From a virus, in IMG/VR virus record IMGVR_UViG_3300037336_000053, positions 32,001 to 96,000 of that record: a DNA stretch of 64,000 nucleotides. The stretch is one strand, 5' to 3'. Below are positions 1 to 9,125 of this stretch, in pieces. The position numbers and the translations under genes were made by a program. The notes below the pieces were generated by a model. It made no database searches and was not told where the DNA came from. It saw only the letters and a program-made list of their open reading frames with translations. Position 1 is the first letter of the stretch, and every line of letters starts with the position of its first letter.

Positions 1-328
1 CTGGAGTAAGCGACAGTATATGTTCTACAACTTCGTCGATAGTCTTGTCCATTACAAGATGTTTGAACTCAGGATAGATACTTGCGTAAGTGTCGCAGCC
101 AGTAAACACCAGCGGCAAGTCTTCAAATACTTTTGCAGTTAGATGCACACCGGAGTCAATAAGTTTTTTAACTTCTGGATTATATTTAGCTTTAGGAGTA
201 CCACGAGGAAGTCCAAAGTTTTGACAACGGAAGTTGCAACCATATGTACGTAGGAATACACTAGGTACACCTACATATGCACCTTCGCCTTGTATACTGT
301 AAAAGGCTTCGCTATATCTCAATTTCAT
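1..328 (-). CDS. queE: 7-carboxy-7-deazaguanine synthase (radical SAM), 5' part only; runs off the window edge
   Basis: Hand translation [35 protein letters not shown]...FTGCDTYAS gives the typical QueE N-terminus (F-S-I-Q-G-E-G, F-L-R-T-x-G-C-N). ATG overlaps the folE stop (ATGA). Not in the supplied ORF track. Confidence 0.9.
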   Translation of the reverse strand, partial: MKLRYSEAFYSIQGEGAYVGVPSVFLRTYGCNFRCQNFGLPRGTPKAKYNPEVKKLIDSGVHLTAKVFEDLPLVFTGCDTYASIYPEFKHLVMDKTIDEVVEHILSLTP

Positions 329-1017
329 CGTGCAAACTCCTGTTGCAGTTTAATATTGTCAAAGAATTCTTTCTTTGTACCAGCATCGTGTTTAAAGCTA
401 CCTTCAAGTACAGTAGTTTGTGTAAGACTACTATTTGCCATGATGCCGCGATTCTCACAGCATCCGTGTGTTGCTTGAATATACACTCCTAAGTTACTAG
501 TACCTGTAGCAGCTTTAATCTCACGTGCGATGTCATTACACAGTTCTTCTTGTAATGTACCACGTCTAGCACACCACTGTGCAATACGAGTATATTTGCT
601 AAGACCAATTAACTTTTGAGAAGCAATAATGCCAATATAAGCAATGCCACTAACGGGCTGGTGATGATGACTGCACATGCTACGCAACTCACTGCGAACA
701 ACCAACATGCCTTCATATCTATCCTTGCTGTCATTTGGGAACGCCGTTGCACTAGGCATAGGATCATAACGTCCGCTCATAATCTCATTGTAGTACATTT
801 TAGCAAGGCGCTTTGCAGTACCTTTGCTGTTAGGATCATTTTCACGATCAATTAGCAGTGTGTCAAGTACACTTTCAAATGCTTGTGCAGCTTCGTTGAT
901 AAGGATGTCTTTTGTATCATTGGAAATATATTCGCTGATGTTATCGCCTGCCCAAAAGCGTTTATTTTCCGAGTGCATCTTCTCACGAAGCACTTGAGAT
1001 AAGTTTTTTTCTGTCAT
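325..1017 (-). CDS. folE: GTP cyclohydrolase I
   Basis: [33 protein letters not shown] and HGCCENRGI motifs of FolE. Confidence 0.95.
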   Translation of the reverse strand: MTEKNLSQVLREKMHSENKRFWAGDNISEYISNDTKDILINEAAQAFESVLDTLLIDRENDPNSKGTAKRLAKMYYNEIMSGRYDPMPSATAFPNDSKDRYEGMLVVRSELRSMCSHHHQPVSGIAYIGIIASQKLIGLSKYTRIAQWCARRGTLQEELCNDIAREIKAATGTSNLGVYIQATHGCCENRGIMANSSLTQTTVLEGSFKHDAGTKKEFFDNIKLQQEFAR

Positions 1018-1060
1018 TTATTTCTCCGAGTTATTGACGTGGATGTCTTATATACTATTA

Positions 1061-1089
1061 AGTATACACTGTTATTTAGGCTTTGTCAA
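1061..1089 (-). promoter_or_regulatory. sigma70-type promoter for folE-queE, with a TAAATA motif inside the spacer
   Basis: TTGACA-17 nt-TATACT (1089-1084 and 1066-1061). TAAATA at 1079-1074. Confidence 0.8.
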
Positions 1090-1432
1090 GTAGTTTCTTA
1101 TAATTTCCTTTTTCAGGAATTACGTGCCTTACGCCACCTCGAGGATCCGCCATGTCCTCTTTGCGTCGTGGAATCAAATGTACATGAGCATATTCTACAG
1201 TTTGTCCTGCCGCTTCGCCTACATTCTGTCCTATGTTAAACGCTTCACAATATCCACGTTCTGTCCAATCGTATCCCCACTTGTATGCTGCTTCCCAGCA
1301 TTTTACAAGATGTTGCCAATCTTCTACTTTAGGAACAAAAAGAACGTGACCTTCTGTTACCGGAAAGTCGTCCTTATATACTGTAAAGTCTTTTGTATCT
1401 ACTAATACTTCAGTCCAAGGTTTAGTATTCAT
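1076..1432 (-). CDS. HIT-family nucleotide hydrolase
   Basis: FPVTEGHVLFVPK, FNIGQNVGEAAGQTV and YAHVHLIPR (first triad His replaced by Tyr). Confidence 0.9.
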   Translation of the reverse strand: MNTKPWTEVLVDTKDFTVYKDDFPVTEGHVLFVPKVEDWQHLVKCWEAAYKWGYDWTERGYCEAFNIGQNVGEAAGQTVEYAHVHLIPRRKEDMADPRGGVRHVIPEKGNYKKLLDKA

Positions 1433-1979
1433 TAACAGTTTCCCAAGGATAAACTAACCAAACGTCATCTTCTGCTTTGTTAATTTCGTGACAAGTATAA
1501 TCTACGGTGCCGTTAAACCCACTTGCTAGATTATCTGTAAGTGTAGCAAAGCGAACATTCTTATGCCAAACTGTATTCCAAGTTTCTTCATCGGGCAAAC
1601 AACTGCTCTGCCAATCTTCTTTGATCCAGTTAAATGTAGCACCGCTATCGTTGATATCATCTACAATAAGAATATTCTTACGTAGTGACAGGTCCCATCT
1701 TGCACCAGTAATGCCGGTTTCTTCAGCATTATTATATCCAAACGCTTCCTCGCTCATCCAAAGATTACTCTCAGGTCCGCATTCACTATCGCGCAAACTA
1801 ACTTTAAGTGCTTCGCAGCGAACTTTAAGCATGTTACTAATGATAGTAGCAGGAATATTGCCGCCACGAGTAATTCCTACAATATAATCAGGACGCCAGT
1901 TGTCTGCATACATGCTAGTAACAATCTGTACGCACATCTTTTCAATGTCTTGCCAACTGTAATAATGTTTCTTAATCAT
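1422..1979 (-). CDS. Type I phosphoribosyltransferase (purine PRT-like)
   Basis: IVGITRGG and the PRPP-binding loop ILIVDDINDSGATF; C-terminal WLVYPWE. Confidence 0.9.
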   Translation of the reverse strand: MIKKHYYSWQDIEKMCVQIVTSMYADNWRPDYIVGITRGGNIPATIISNMLKVRCEALKVSLRDSECGPESNLWMSEEAFGYNNAEETGITGARWDLSLRKNILIVDDINDSGATFNWIKEDWQSSCLPDEETWNTVWHKNVRFATLTDNLASGFNGTVDYTCHEINKAEDDVWLVYPWETVNEY

Positions 1980-2275
1980 TTCATGCTCTCCAGTGTTGCA
2001 ATTTTAGCAATCTTATCACCAAAATCATCGTCCTTGTGAATAATGTAAGTAGTTGTATTAGTACGATCTTTTACCCGATCATATGTTCGAAACTCTACCA
2101 CACGTCCGCCTATTGCACTAAACACTCTAAAGTTTAGTATAGGGTCAGCATCGCACACAGTTGCTTCAGTATCACGCGAACATGTTACCGTGACACGACC
2201 AACTGTGCATTTTTCTTCTTCATAATCGCTACCTTGCCTTGCCCAGCTAGCTACTAGTTTTTTAAACCATCTCAT
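1976..2275 (-). CDS. hypothetical protein
   Basis: ORF overlaps both neighbours by ATGA coupling. Confidence 0.7.
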   Translation of the reverse strand: MRWFKKLVASWARQGSDYEEEKCTVGRVTVTCSRDTEATVCDADPILNFRVFSAIGGRVVEFRTYDRVKDRTNTTTYIIHKDDDFGDKIAKIATLESMK

Positions 2276-2655
2276 TTAGATTCCTTAATTGCATCAAATG
2301 TTTTATACTTTGCAAGTTGCGACTCATACGCATCTTTTAGTTCTTTTAGCTTAGGATACTTTGCTTCCATATCTACGTGTTGCTTTAATAATAACACAGA
2401 GTCACGCAGTTCGTCAAGTTCTTTCATAACATCTCTGCCTTGAACAACAAGAGGAATATCAATCTGCACCGTATTAGGATCTAACGAGTCTCTTATAGTC
2501 AGATTACCAGTAATAGCACTAGCACTACTATACGTTCCGGTTAACACACCAGTATTAGTACAACTAATATACCCGCTCAGAGCAGACATTTTTTGTGCTG
2601 CTGATCCGGACAAGAGTCCAATGGTGTTAGAACTGGAATTAGTGTTCGAGCTCAT
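2272..2655 (-). CDS. hypothetical protein (Ser-rich N-terminus, C-terminal coiled coil)
   Basis: ORF track; coupled to neighbouring genes. Confidence 0.65.
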   Translation of the reverse strand: MSSNTNSSSNTIGLLSGSAAQKMSALSGYISCTNTGVLTGTYSSASAITGNLTIRDSLDPNTVQIDIPLVVQGRDVMKELDELRDSVLLLKQHVDMEAKYPKLKELKDAYESQLAKYKTFDAIKESK

Positions 2656-3118
2656 ATTTTTCCTTCAAGTATTGTTCATGTTGTACCCAAGCACCGTCTT
2701 TGACAAAGCCCCATTCTCTTAGTTTAGGACCAGGTACAAACAAAGTCCAAGGCTCAATACCAGGCTCAAGTTCAATGCTATGAAGAGACTTAGGACTGCT
2801 AAACCTAAAATGCCCCGGTCGTCTCCACAATTTACCTGCTGGAGTATGTTCCCAATACCCGCCGCTAAGAATAAAAGTAAAGTAAGGCCAAGGATGATCA
2901 TGTAAGTCATCTAAATCTCCTTTATGAAAGTTATGTAAAAAGACATTAAACGGAAACCATGTACGCTCTTTTAAGAAAAGATAATAGCGTGTTAAGTACG
3001 GCTCGTTGTGGTAACGGTCCATAATCACACGCTTGCGATCTACACGTTCTAGCAGTTTAAGAAAGATTGTGCCAATAGATATATTATCCTTTAATTGTGT
3101 CATACAATGCTGCTCCAC
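2639..3118 (-). CDS. cupin-fold metalloprotein (cysteine-dioxygenase-like)
   Basis: FLHNFHKGDLDDLHDHPW...ILSGGYWEH...LHSIEL carries the cupin H-x-H/E/H metal motif. Confidence 0.65.
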   Translation of the reverse strand: MEQHCMTQLKDNISIGTIFLKLLERVDRKRVIMDRYHNEPYLTRYYLFLKERTWFPFNVFLHNFHKGDLDDLHDHPWPYFTFILSGGYWEHTPAGKLWRRPGHFRFSSPKSLHSIELEPGIEPWTLFVPGPKLREWGFVKDGAWVQHEQYLKEKYELEH

Positions 3119-4181
3119 TAAAAAATTCTTTGTTTAGTTTAGTAACTTGTTTAGCTAGACTAACTGCAAAGTCATCGTAATTTTCCATGTACTCTACAAT
3201 ACGTGCAATTACTTTGTCTTTGTGATACAAGTAAGCGTCATAGTCTTCAGTCCATTCGCTTGGGTATAAGAATTCTGGAACAGCCATTTCACTGTAGCTT
3301 AGTCTATTCGGCACCATAGGAATAGCATTTACTAATGCACCTTCATACCAACTAATACCTAGTGTTTCTTGTAGGTTAGCACTAAACACAAGTTTAGCTT
3401 CCCCTAGCAAGTTATGATATTCATTCTTTGTAAGCTGTTGCTCTTGACAAACAACAAACTCATATTGTGGCAGGAGCTGTGCCAAGTCTCTAAAAATATC
3501 AACTTGCTTCTCAGGAGCAACACGATGTGGAAACAAGATCAAGTCTCGCTTCTCCATACCTTTATATTGTGTTAAGCTATCTTTAAGATACTCCATAGGC
3601 CATCCTACACGAACAATTTTACCACCGTCGTAGATTTCTTCCCAGTCATCGTCGTACCAAGGATTCTCTACCATCATGCCGCCGTGCAGTAATTCATCAA
3701 AGAACATCCGAACATGGAACTCTGTAGCAAAGAAGTTATTGTCGTACACATGATACATACTCTTCTCAGCATGTCTTACCCAGGGCTTATTGCCAATTAG
3801 CCTACCAAGAAAATCATGAGGATCATAACTACCAGCATGCCATAAGCCACCGATTCTGATATCAACGCCCAAGAGCTCAGCCATGTAACGAAGCTGGATA
3901 ACAGTTGGGTTCCAAGCATCCGTATATAGAAAATAGTCTCCATTCTTTACCTCACCTTTGCAAAACATTTCACCAATGATTTCTAATTGCTTACTCTTAT
4001 AAACATTAGTACCACCAAAATTAAGAAACGCCCCAGGCGTAGTTGCCTGAGGAGTATTTCCGCCGCTAATAACTTTAACATCTTCATTAGTAGCATGCCG
4101 CATTTGCTTAGGCAAATACTCTTTCCACTGTTTAGTGTAGCGGGTATCTACTGCTTCAATGTCTACTATGAAGATTGTCAT
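3084..4181 (-). CDS. GT-B fold glycosyltransferase
   Basis: 365 aa; ILFPHRVAPEKQ and LVFSANLQETLGISWYEGALVNAIPMVP resemble the GT4 E-x7-E region. Confidence 0.8.
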   Translation of the reverse strand: MTIFIVDIEAVDTRYTKQWKEYLPKQMRHATNEDVKVISGGNTPQATTPGAFLNFGGTNVYKSKQLEIIGEMFCKGEVKNGDYFLYTDAWNPTVIQLRYMAELLGVDIRIGGLWHAGSYDPHDFLGRLIGNKPWVRHAEKSMYHVYDNNFFATEFHVRMFFDELLHGGMMVENPWYDDDWEEIYDGGKIVRVGWPMEYLKDSLTQYKGMEKRDLILFPHRVAPEKQVDIFRDLAQLLPQYEFVVCQEQQLTKNEYHNLLGEAKLVFSANLQETLGISWYEGALVNAIPMVPNRLSYSEMAVPEFLYPSEWTEDYDAYLYHKDKVIARIVEYMENYDDFAVSLAKQVTKLNKEFFSGAALYDTIKG

Positions 4182-4496
4182 TTAGTTACCTCGATTGCTT
4201 TCAAACCTTGGGTTAGGACGGCGTGTGCGACGATTGGGATCGTAGCTTGCGCCTGCACGAGATTTTGCTCGCAGCCAACCTTGGTGTTTGTTGTACGCAA
4301 TCCAAGTTGGTGACTCGTTGCTATACATGTCTTTTTCATCAAAGACTTTTGCTTCAAAGCGACAGTAGTCACGGAATTTATCCAAGTCGTCAAATACCTT
4401 GCGGATAATAGGATTCTCAATTGACATAGTTTTTACCTTTTTAATTCTTAGGATAAAAGTTTGAACAGCCGTTTTCGCCATCTTCGGCAACATCAA
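4182..4496 (-). CDS. hypothetical protein (real start probably MSIENP near 4427)
   Basis: ORF track; basic C-terminus. Confidence 0.65.
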   Translation of the reverse strand: MMLPKMAKTAVQTFILRIKKVKTMSIENPIIRKVFDDLDKFRDYCRFEAKVFDEKDMYSNESPTWIAYNKHQGWLRAKSRAGASYDPNRRTRRPNPRFESNRGN

Positions 4497-4920
4497 TCTC
4501 TACAAATCGGCCGGGATACTTTGTAGAAATTTCTCTGTACAAGTCATCTGCGATCATTTCGCAGCTCTTGTGATTTAGTTGTAGTACAGATGTAGAGCTA
4601 TCTACTTCAGCATACAACCGTTCCATCCAACGTTTAAATTGGATAAACTCAATATCGCGATCGTTATGGAACACTTCGATGCGAACTTTAAAATGGAAAA
4701 TATGGCGATGCGGAACGCCAAGGAATGATACATCATCCCATCCGCCTGTTGCTAGTTTAGGATTAGTGTCTGCACCAGGGTACATATGTACCCCCTCTTT
4801 AGAGAACGTGACCCAGATACTACGATCTGCTTTATTCATTGCGTTTTCTGTTGCCATTTTTGCGTCTTCTTCCTTCATTCTGCGTCCCATATAATTATGA
4901 TACGATTCGTGTTGTGTCAT
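4441..4920 (-). CDS. QueD-paralogue T-fold protein, DpdL-like (candidate 7-carboxy-7-deazaguanine decarboxylase)
   Basis: FLGVPHRHIFHF matches LxxxHRHxF; DRDIEFIQFKR, SCEMIA and V-A-EDGENG are T-fold features. Distinct from the canonical queD at 63386. Confidence 0.7.
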   Translation of the reverse strand: MTQHESYHNYMGRRMKEEDAKMATENAMNKADRSIWVTFSKEGVHMYPGADTNPKLATGGWDDVSFLGVPHRHIFHFKVRIEVFHNDRDIEFIQFKRWMERLYAEVDSSTSVLQLNHKSCEMIADDLYREISTKYPGRFVEIDVAEDGENGCSNFYPKN

Positions 4921-4926
4921 AGTATT

Positions 4927-4955
4927 ATTATACTTTCTTTAGTTAGTGTTGTCAA
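4927..4955 (-). promoter_or_regulatory. consensus sigma70 promoter, probably giving a leaderless mRNA
   Basis: TTGACA(4955-4950)-17-TATAAT(4932-4927); the ATG at 4920 follows after only 6 nt. Confidence 0.8.
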
Positions 4956-5616
4956 GTGTTTTTTTTGAACAGTTGTCAAAATGCCATCTTTTCATAGGAC
5001 TATTGCCACCTGTTTTACCACAGTGCGGGCAAGTTACAGTATCTTGTGCAATACCTTTTAGAGCATCTGAACGTTTTTGATTAGATACAGGATCTTGTGT
5101 TTTACCCTGCTTTGCTTTAGAAATCTTTAGTTTAGTTGCTTCACTATGATGCTTACCTTCCATACCAGATTTTACAGAACCATATCGTTCAATCTTTGTC
5201 TGAATAATCTTTCGTTTAGTTTCTTCGCTTAACACTTTACCTGTATGTGCTTCAGATAGACGCTGTCTGTGTTCTTTTGATTTCGTTTTGCCTTTATGCG
5301 AAGGAGGACGACAGTCTGTGAGTATATTCATAAGTATTCCAGACTCGTCAATACGCCTACCATACTTTGCAATAAGTGTTTCTTCTAAAGTGTAAGCAGA
5401 TTCTTCGTCCATATCTTTCTGTATGATTTCAATAGCAGGTATTAAACCGTTGTCAAGTATACTTTTGATTTTCATATCCTTCATATGATTATCTGTAGAA
5501 CGACCATTCTTTACAGCACGGAGATGATCCAAATGCCTTTTGTTGTCCCACTTACCTTTACCTATATAAAACGGTTCCATTGTTTCTGGGTCTTTATAGC
5601 AATAAACATAATACAT
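4939..5616 (-). mobile_element. free-standing GIY-YIG homing endonuclease with NUMOD3 repeats
   Basis: YYVYCY...FYIGKG...LEETLIAKYG; HSEETKRKI-type repeats; C-terminal CPHCGK. Start moved to the ATG at 5616. Confidence 0.85.
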
Positions 5617-5661
5617 ATGTTTATTTAGCAAAACTTACCCTTATTATTCTAAAACTGACTC

Positions 5662-5904
5662 TTATAATCCTAAACCTGCAAGGAATGCTCGTAGCTTCTT
5701 ACCTGTATCGTGTTCGTCGCCTTCACGATAACCATCTTCCATATAACGAAGAAACTCTTGATGCGTCATACCTGTGTCCTGCACTTTCTTGCCGTCGTAT
5801 TCTTTGCGGAATGTAACCCAAATACTTTTAGTAGGTTCTGTCATAGTTCTTTCTTCTCTTATTTTGCGTAGTATGTAGTTGTGATAGTTTTCTTGCTCAT
5901 ACAT
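5662..5904 (-). CDS. chimeric or remnant ORF whose N-terminus duplicates the DpdL-like gene
   Basis: YHNY..R...EE..M.....SIWVTFRKE versus YHNY..R..KEE...SIWVTFSKE in 4441..4920. Confidence 0.6.
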   Translation of the reverse strand: MYEQENYHNYILRKIREERTMTEPTKSIWVTFRKEYDGKKVQDTGMTHQEFLRYMEDGYREGDEHDTGKKLRAFLAGLGL

Positions 5905-5906
5905 TA

Positions 5907-5935
5907 ATTATACGCTCACTTTAACACTTTGTCAA
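5907..5935 (-). promoter_or_regulatory. consensus sigma70 promoter
   Basis: TTGACA(5935-5930)-17-TATAAT(5912-5907). Confidence 0.8.
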
Positions 5936-6455
5936 GGCCATATTCGCGCCAGTCAGTAAATTTATCACGGTCCATCAAATTATGCAGGTTATGGCACCAA
6001 ACGCCCGGATTAGTTGCACGAAACCCTTTGTCGTCAATCTTGACCATTGTGTTGTAGTTCCATTGTTTAACGTAAGGAACAACTACACGAAGCTGCGGAA
6101 TAAAATAATTGTTCTCAATCAGCCCGCCGTCCATAAACCATTCTAAGTTAATAGTGCTCGGAATATCTAGACTACAAAAGATACCTTCATCTAAAAACAG
6201 TTGAATTAATTTATCCCATGCTTCAAAGTCTTCCGCCGCAACAGGATTGTAACTGTGATTAGCACCAAAAAAGATATGCTCGCATTGTTCTTCTTTGTAG
6301 TACTTCATAACTTCATTGTAGTCTTGAATACCAGTAACAAACAATGTCTTCATTCCAAATGCAGGAGTCTTTTCAACTTCTACACCTGTAAAGAATGTAA
6401 TACTGTCTGCTGTGCCTGTGTCGTAATCACGTTTCATATTACGCTCTGAACTCAA
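5916..6455 (-). CDS. uncharacterised protein within the deazaguanine cluster (candidate accessory modifying enzyme)
   Basis: FFTGVEVEKTPAFGMKTLFV, HIFFGANHS, KIDDKGF.ATNPGVWCH; no fold recognised. Confidence 0.55.
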   Translation of the reverse strand: MSSERNMKRDYDTGTADSITFFTGVEVEKTPAFGMKTLFVTGIQDYNEVMKYYKEEQCEHIFFGANHSYNPVAAEDFEAWDKLIQLFLDEGIFCSLDIPSTINLEWFMDGGLIENNYFIPQLRVVVPYVKQWNYNTMVKIDDKGFRATNPGVWCHNLHNLMDRDKFTDWREYGLDKVLK

Positions 6456-7029
6456 AAAGTCGGTTGCTTGTATTAGTTGAAAGTTTTTTTATATGTTTCA
6501 TTGCTCCTTCGGTAATACGATATTGGTATTGTCCACTGGTTTGCCTCTCAAAATAGCCCAAATGATTGTTGTAACGAATGTATTTAGGCATATTCTTTGG
6601 ATTGCTAGATTTAAGCATAGATTGTCCGTACTCCCATGCTTCTTTAAGTTTAGATTGTATTTCGTTACATGTAAAATCATAAACTTTTGCTTCAGTAACT
6701 ACGTTGTCACCAGTAAGTATATTTTCATCATATTCAACACGGTATTGCCGTTGAATCTTATTTCTAATATTACTATATTCCCAAGAAGTATTTATAATAT
6801 CTACAGGTAGCATAGCACCTACTGTATGACCGCTTGTGCTACTTCTCAAACGGCTTTTAATTTCTAGTCCATACTTGGGAAGATCTATACCTTTTCCTCG
6901 ATTAACTTTGTAACCTTTATCTTCAAGATCGTTTTCAATCCATCTTCCAATATTACCATTATACTGTTTCATTGGAATAACTGTTCCGGGTTTTATTGCA
7001 CTATTAAGTGATATTACTTTTATCATCAT
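6439..7029 (-). CDS. PD-(D/E)xK restriction-endonuclease-like protein (MutH/Sau3AI-like core)
   Basis: GNIGRWIE...GIDLPKYGLEIKSR gives G-x-x-x-E / D / E-x-K spacing. Confidence 0.55.
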   Translation of the reverse strand: MMIKVISLNSAIKPGTVIPMKQYNGNIGRWIENDLEDKGYKVNRGKGIDLPKYGLEIKSRLRSSTSGHTVGAMLPVDIINTSWEYSNIRNKIQRQYRVEYDENILTGDNVVTEAKVYDFTCNEIQSKLKEAWEYGQSMLKSSNPKNMPKYIRYNNHLGYFERQTSGQYQYRITEGAMKHIKKLSTNTSNRLFEFRA

Positions 7030-7235
7030 TCTAAACCTTTTTGTATCAAATATGCATTAATACAATGCATCTCATCTTTAAGCCAAAGTTTCATAGTTTT
7101 CATTCTACGAATTTCGTCTTGTTTTGTAACATCAGTATAACTTGCTTCTATTTCGTTGTCAAGTTCTCTATGCCTAATTTTTAGTTCTTCGTAATGCTGC
7201 TTGAGTCTATCTTCGTCATTTTCATAATTGTCCAT
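7026..7235 (-). CDS. DUF465/YdcH-like small coiled-coil protein
   Basis: LKIRHRELDNEI...IRRMKTMKLWLKDEM. Confidence 0.7.
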   Translation of the reverse strand: MDNYENDEDRLKQHYEELKIRHRELDNEIEASYTDVTKQDEIRRMKTMKLWLKDEMHCINAYLIQKGLE

Positions 7236-8781
7236 TTTCCAAGTCCTCTAACAAGTGTGTTTGATCTTCAGTAAAACAACCATCTTCTAGTTCTTCTACT
7301 TCTGGTTCAACAACATCAAACAATGCTCCAAAGTAAGTACTAGAGTTTACAGTCTTTTTACCAATGGCTCCGCGAGTGCCCGGAATTGACATCCAAAACT
7401 TAGAGTTATTGTCAATTAAGGCGTTTGCTTCTTCTCTTGTAGTTGCTGCAAATATTGTTTCAACAACGTCTCTAAAAAAGACCCTGTCAAATTGCTCTTG
7501 TACAAGCATTCTCGGTACAACTCCAGCATCGTATTGTCTATTGGCTTCTTGAACTGCATTGATGTGACTCCAAACATTATGACCCATTTGAATGGCATAT
7601 GAAAAACTATCCCAAGATGTTCTTCCTTCTTTGCCAATCTTATTTAAGTCGCCCGGCTTGTAAATGCATACATCACTGACTTTCATTTCTGCTGTAATAG
7701 GACTATCTTCAAAGTTTTTAAAGATGCCATCTTGCAATACTGCTTGTTTAAAAGTTCTAGTATCGATTGAATACTTCTTATCATCAATGCTAGGCACCAT
7801 TCGGTAAGTCCACTTACCTCTATCAGGAGTTTCATTTTGAACGTAGATCTGTCCATTAGCTGTTGCTAAGAACGGACTTGCACAGTCAAATGTAAGCATC
7901 ATAGTGGGGTTATAGTACTTGCGTATAGCCCGCTGTACGTCCGTAAGCAAACATGCCCACTCTAGCTTGCTTGTGCCTAGAAAGTGCATTACATCGTGTA
8001 TACCGCTTTGTAACAAGCCATCAAAGTGCATAGAAACAATGCGTTTAAGAACCAAGTGTACGTCACACATGTTTTGACCGCCCATCGACCACCCATTAAA
8101 GTGATTGTCCGGATACTTGGCTGGATCGCAATAGTCTTTCATTTGCTCGTACCAGTCATCTGCATCTGCATGATTCTCACCTTGTAGTACGTTTAAGAAC
8201 TTACAAGCACCAGTGCGGTGTTTCATCCAGTAGTCGTTATTAATACGTGTTGCTTTAACTGCTTCGTTGTATGTGCTAATGCCAGTAGCTTTTGCACCTT
8301 CAGGGCTACGAGCAACCCAAGCCGGGATATCAAGTACCATGCCATAGTCCATGTAAGCGTCCATCCAACGCAATACACCGTCTCGTTTCTTTTGAGCTTT
8401 AGGACAATTAGGATCTTTCCAATCACCTTCCCAAACACCCTTACCAATCTGGAATCCACCTGAATCGCCCAGCAACCAAGTGTTTTCACGGTCCCTATTA
8501 CGTACCATATCTTCTTTAGCTACAAACTTAGTCGTATCTAAATCAGCATGTCCTGCAGAGTAAAGCGTCCACTTGTATGTGAACGCTCCTTCTTGTGCGT
8601 TTAGATAGTTAAGACTTTCTATACCGTTAGCAAAATTAGCAGGGATACGGTCATCAGGAACATACGGACCTTTAACAGGATCAGGATGACGTTGTTTGCC
8701 TACATAAGTCGCATAGAAGCCACTAAGTGCAGGTAAGAAATGTGCGTAATCGTTTTGTGTCGCAGTTAAGTCTTTATTCAT
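7222..8781 (-). CDS. dpdA: DNA 7-deazaguanine transglycosylase, TGT/DpdA family (long, DpdA2-like)
   Basis: LGDSGGFQ, MVLDIP, LNVLQG, GWSMGG, HFLGTS and TFDCASPF follow the TGT-barrel motif order. No C-x-C-x-x-C zinc motif of tRNA TGT. Start probably MNKDL at 8781. Confidence 0.75.
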   Translation of the reverse strand: MNKDLTATQNDYAHFLPALSGFYATYVGKQRHPDPVKGPYVPDDRIPANFANGIESLNYLNAQEGAFTYKWTLYSAGHADLDTTKFVAKEDMVRNRDRENTWLLGDSGGFQIGKGVWEGDWKDPNCPKAQKKRDGVLRWMDAYMDYGMVLDIPAWVARSPEGAKATGISTYNEAVKATRINNDYWMKHRTGACKFLNVLQGENHADADDWYEQMKDYCDPAKYPDNHFNGWSMGGQNMCDVHLVLKRIVSMHFDGLLQSGIHDVMHFLGTSKLEWACLLTDVQRAIRKYYNPTMMLTFDCASPFLATANGQIYVQNETPDRGKWTYRMVPSIDDKKYSIDTRTFKQAVLQDGIFKNFEDSPITAEMKVSDVCIYKPGDLNKIGKEGRTSWDSFSYAIQMGHNVWSHINAVQEANRQYDAGVVPRMLVQEQFDRVFFRDVVETIFAATTREEANALIDNNSKFWMSIPGTRGAIGKKTVNSSTYFGALFDVVEPEVEELEDGCFTEDQTHLLEDLENGQL

Positions 8782-8783
8782 TT

Positions 8784-9125
8784 TTAAACAATGTTCCTTA
8801 TTATTACTATGGAACTTATAGCAATCCATAGGGTATTGAATGCAACTAGCGTTGGCAATAGTTTTCTTTCGCTAGCCCAAATCAACATTACTGATGTTAG
8901 TAGTGTTACAAAATGTAACTGCCATATCTCTAAATTGAACACTAGACTCGGAATAATCACTAATGTTTTTGCTAACCAGGATACTGCTTCAACAATATTG
9001 TAACTTGACCAGTATCCTGGTTTAAACCAGTAACTGTAACATTCTTTAATATTTTTCCAACCTACACGGTGATAAGTTGTAAGCGTTATAGCTAAAAATG
9101 TTACAATTATTAAAAGTTCTAGCAT
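8784..9125 (-). CDS. small multi-pass membrane protein
   Basis: Four hydrophobic segments. Confidence 0.65.
   Translation of the reverse strand: MLELLIIVTFLAITLTTYHRVGWKNIKECYSYWFKPGYWSSYNIVEAVSWLAKTLVIIPSLVFNLEIWQLHFVTLLTSVMLIWASERKLLPTLVAFNTLWIAISSIVIIRNIV

Noticed and set aside
1018-1050. AATAACTC (the T4 gp43 operator loop sequence) in the folE leader, and a possible THF-type riboswitch
   Set aside because: No flanking stem closes the octamer, and the leader is too short (about 35 nt) with only a 3-bp hairpin.
7222-8781. Calling the TGT-like gene a tRNA-guanine transglycosylase (tgt)
   Set aside because: It shares DSGGFQ but is much longer and lacks the CxCxxC zinc motif; phage context with folE/queE favours DNA-acting DpdA.
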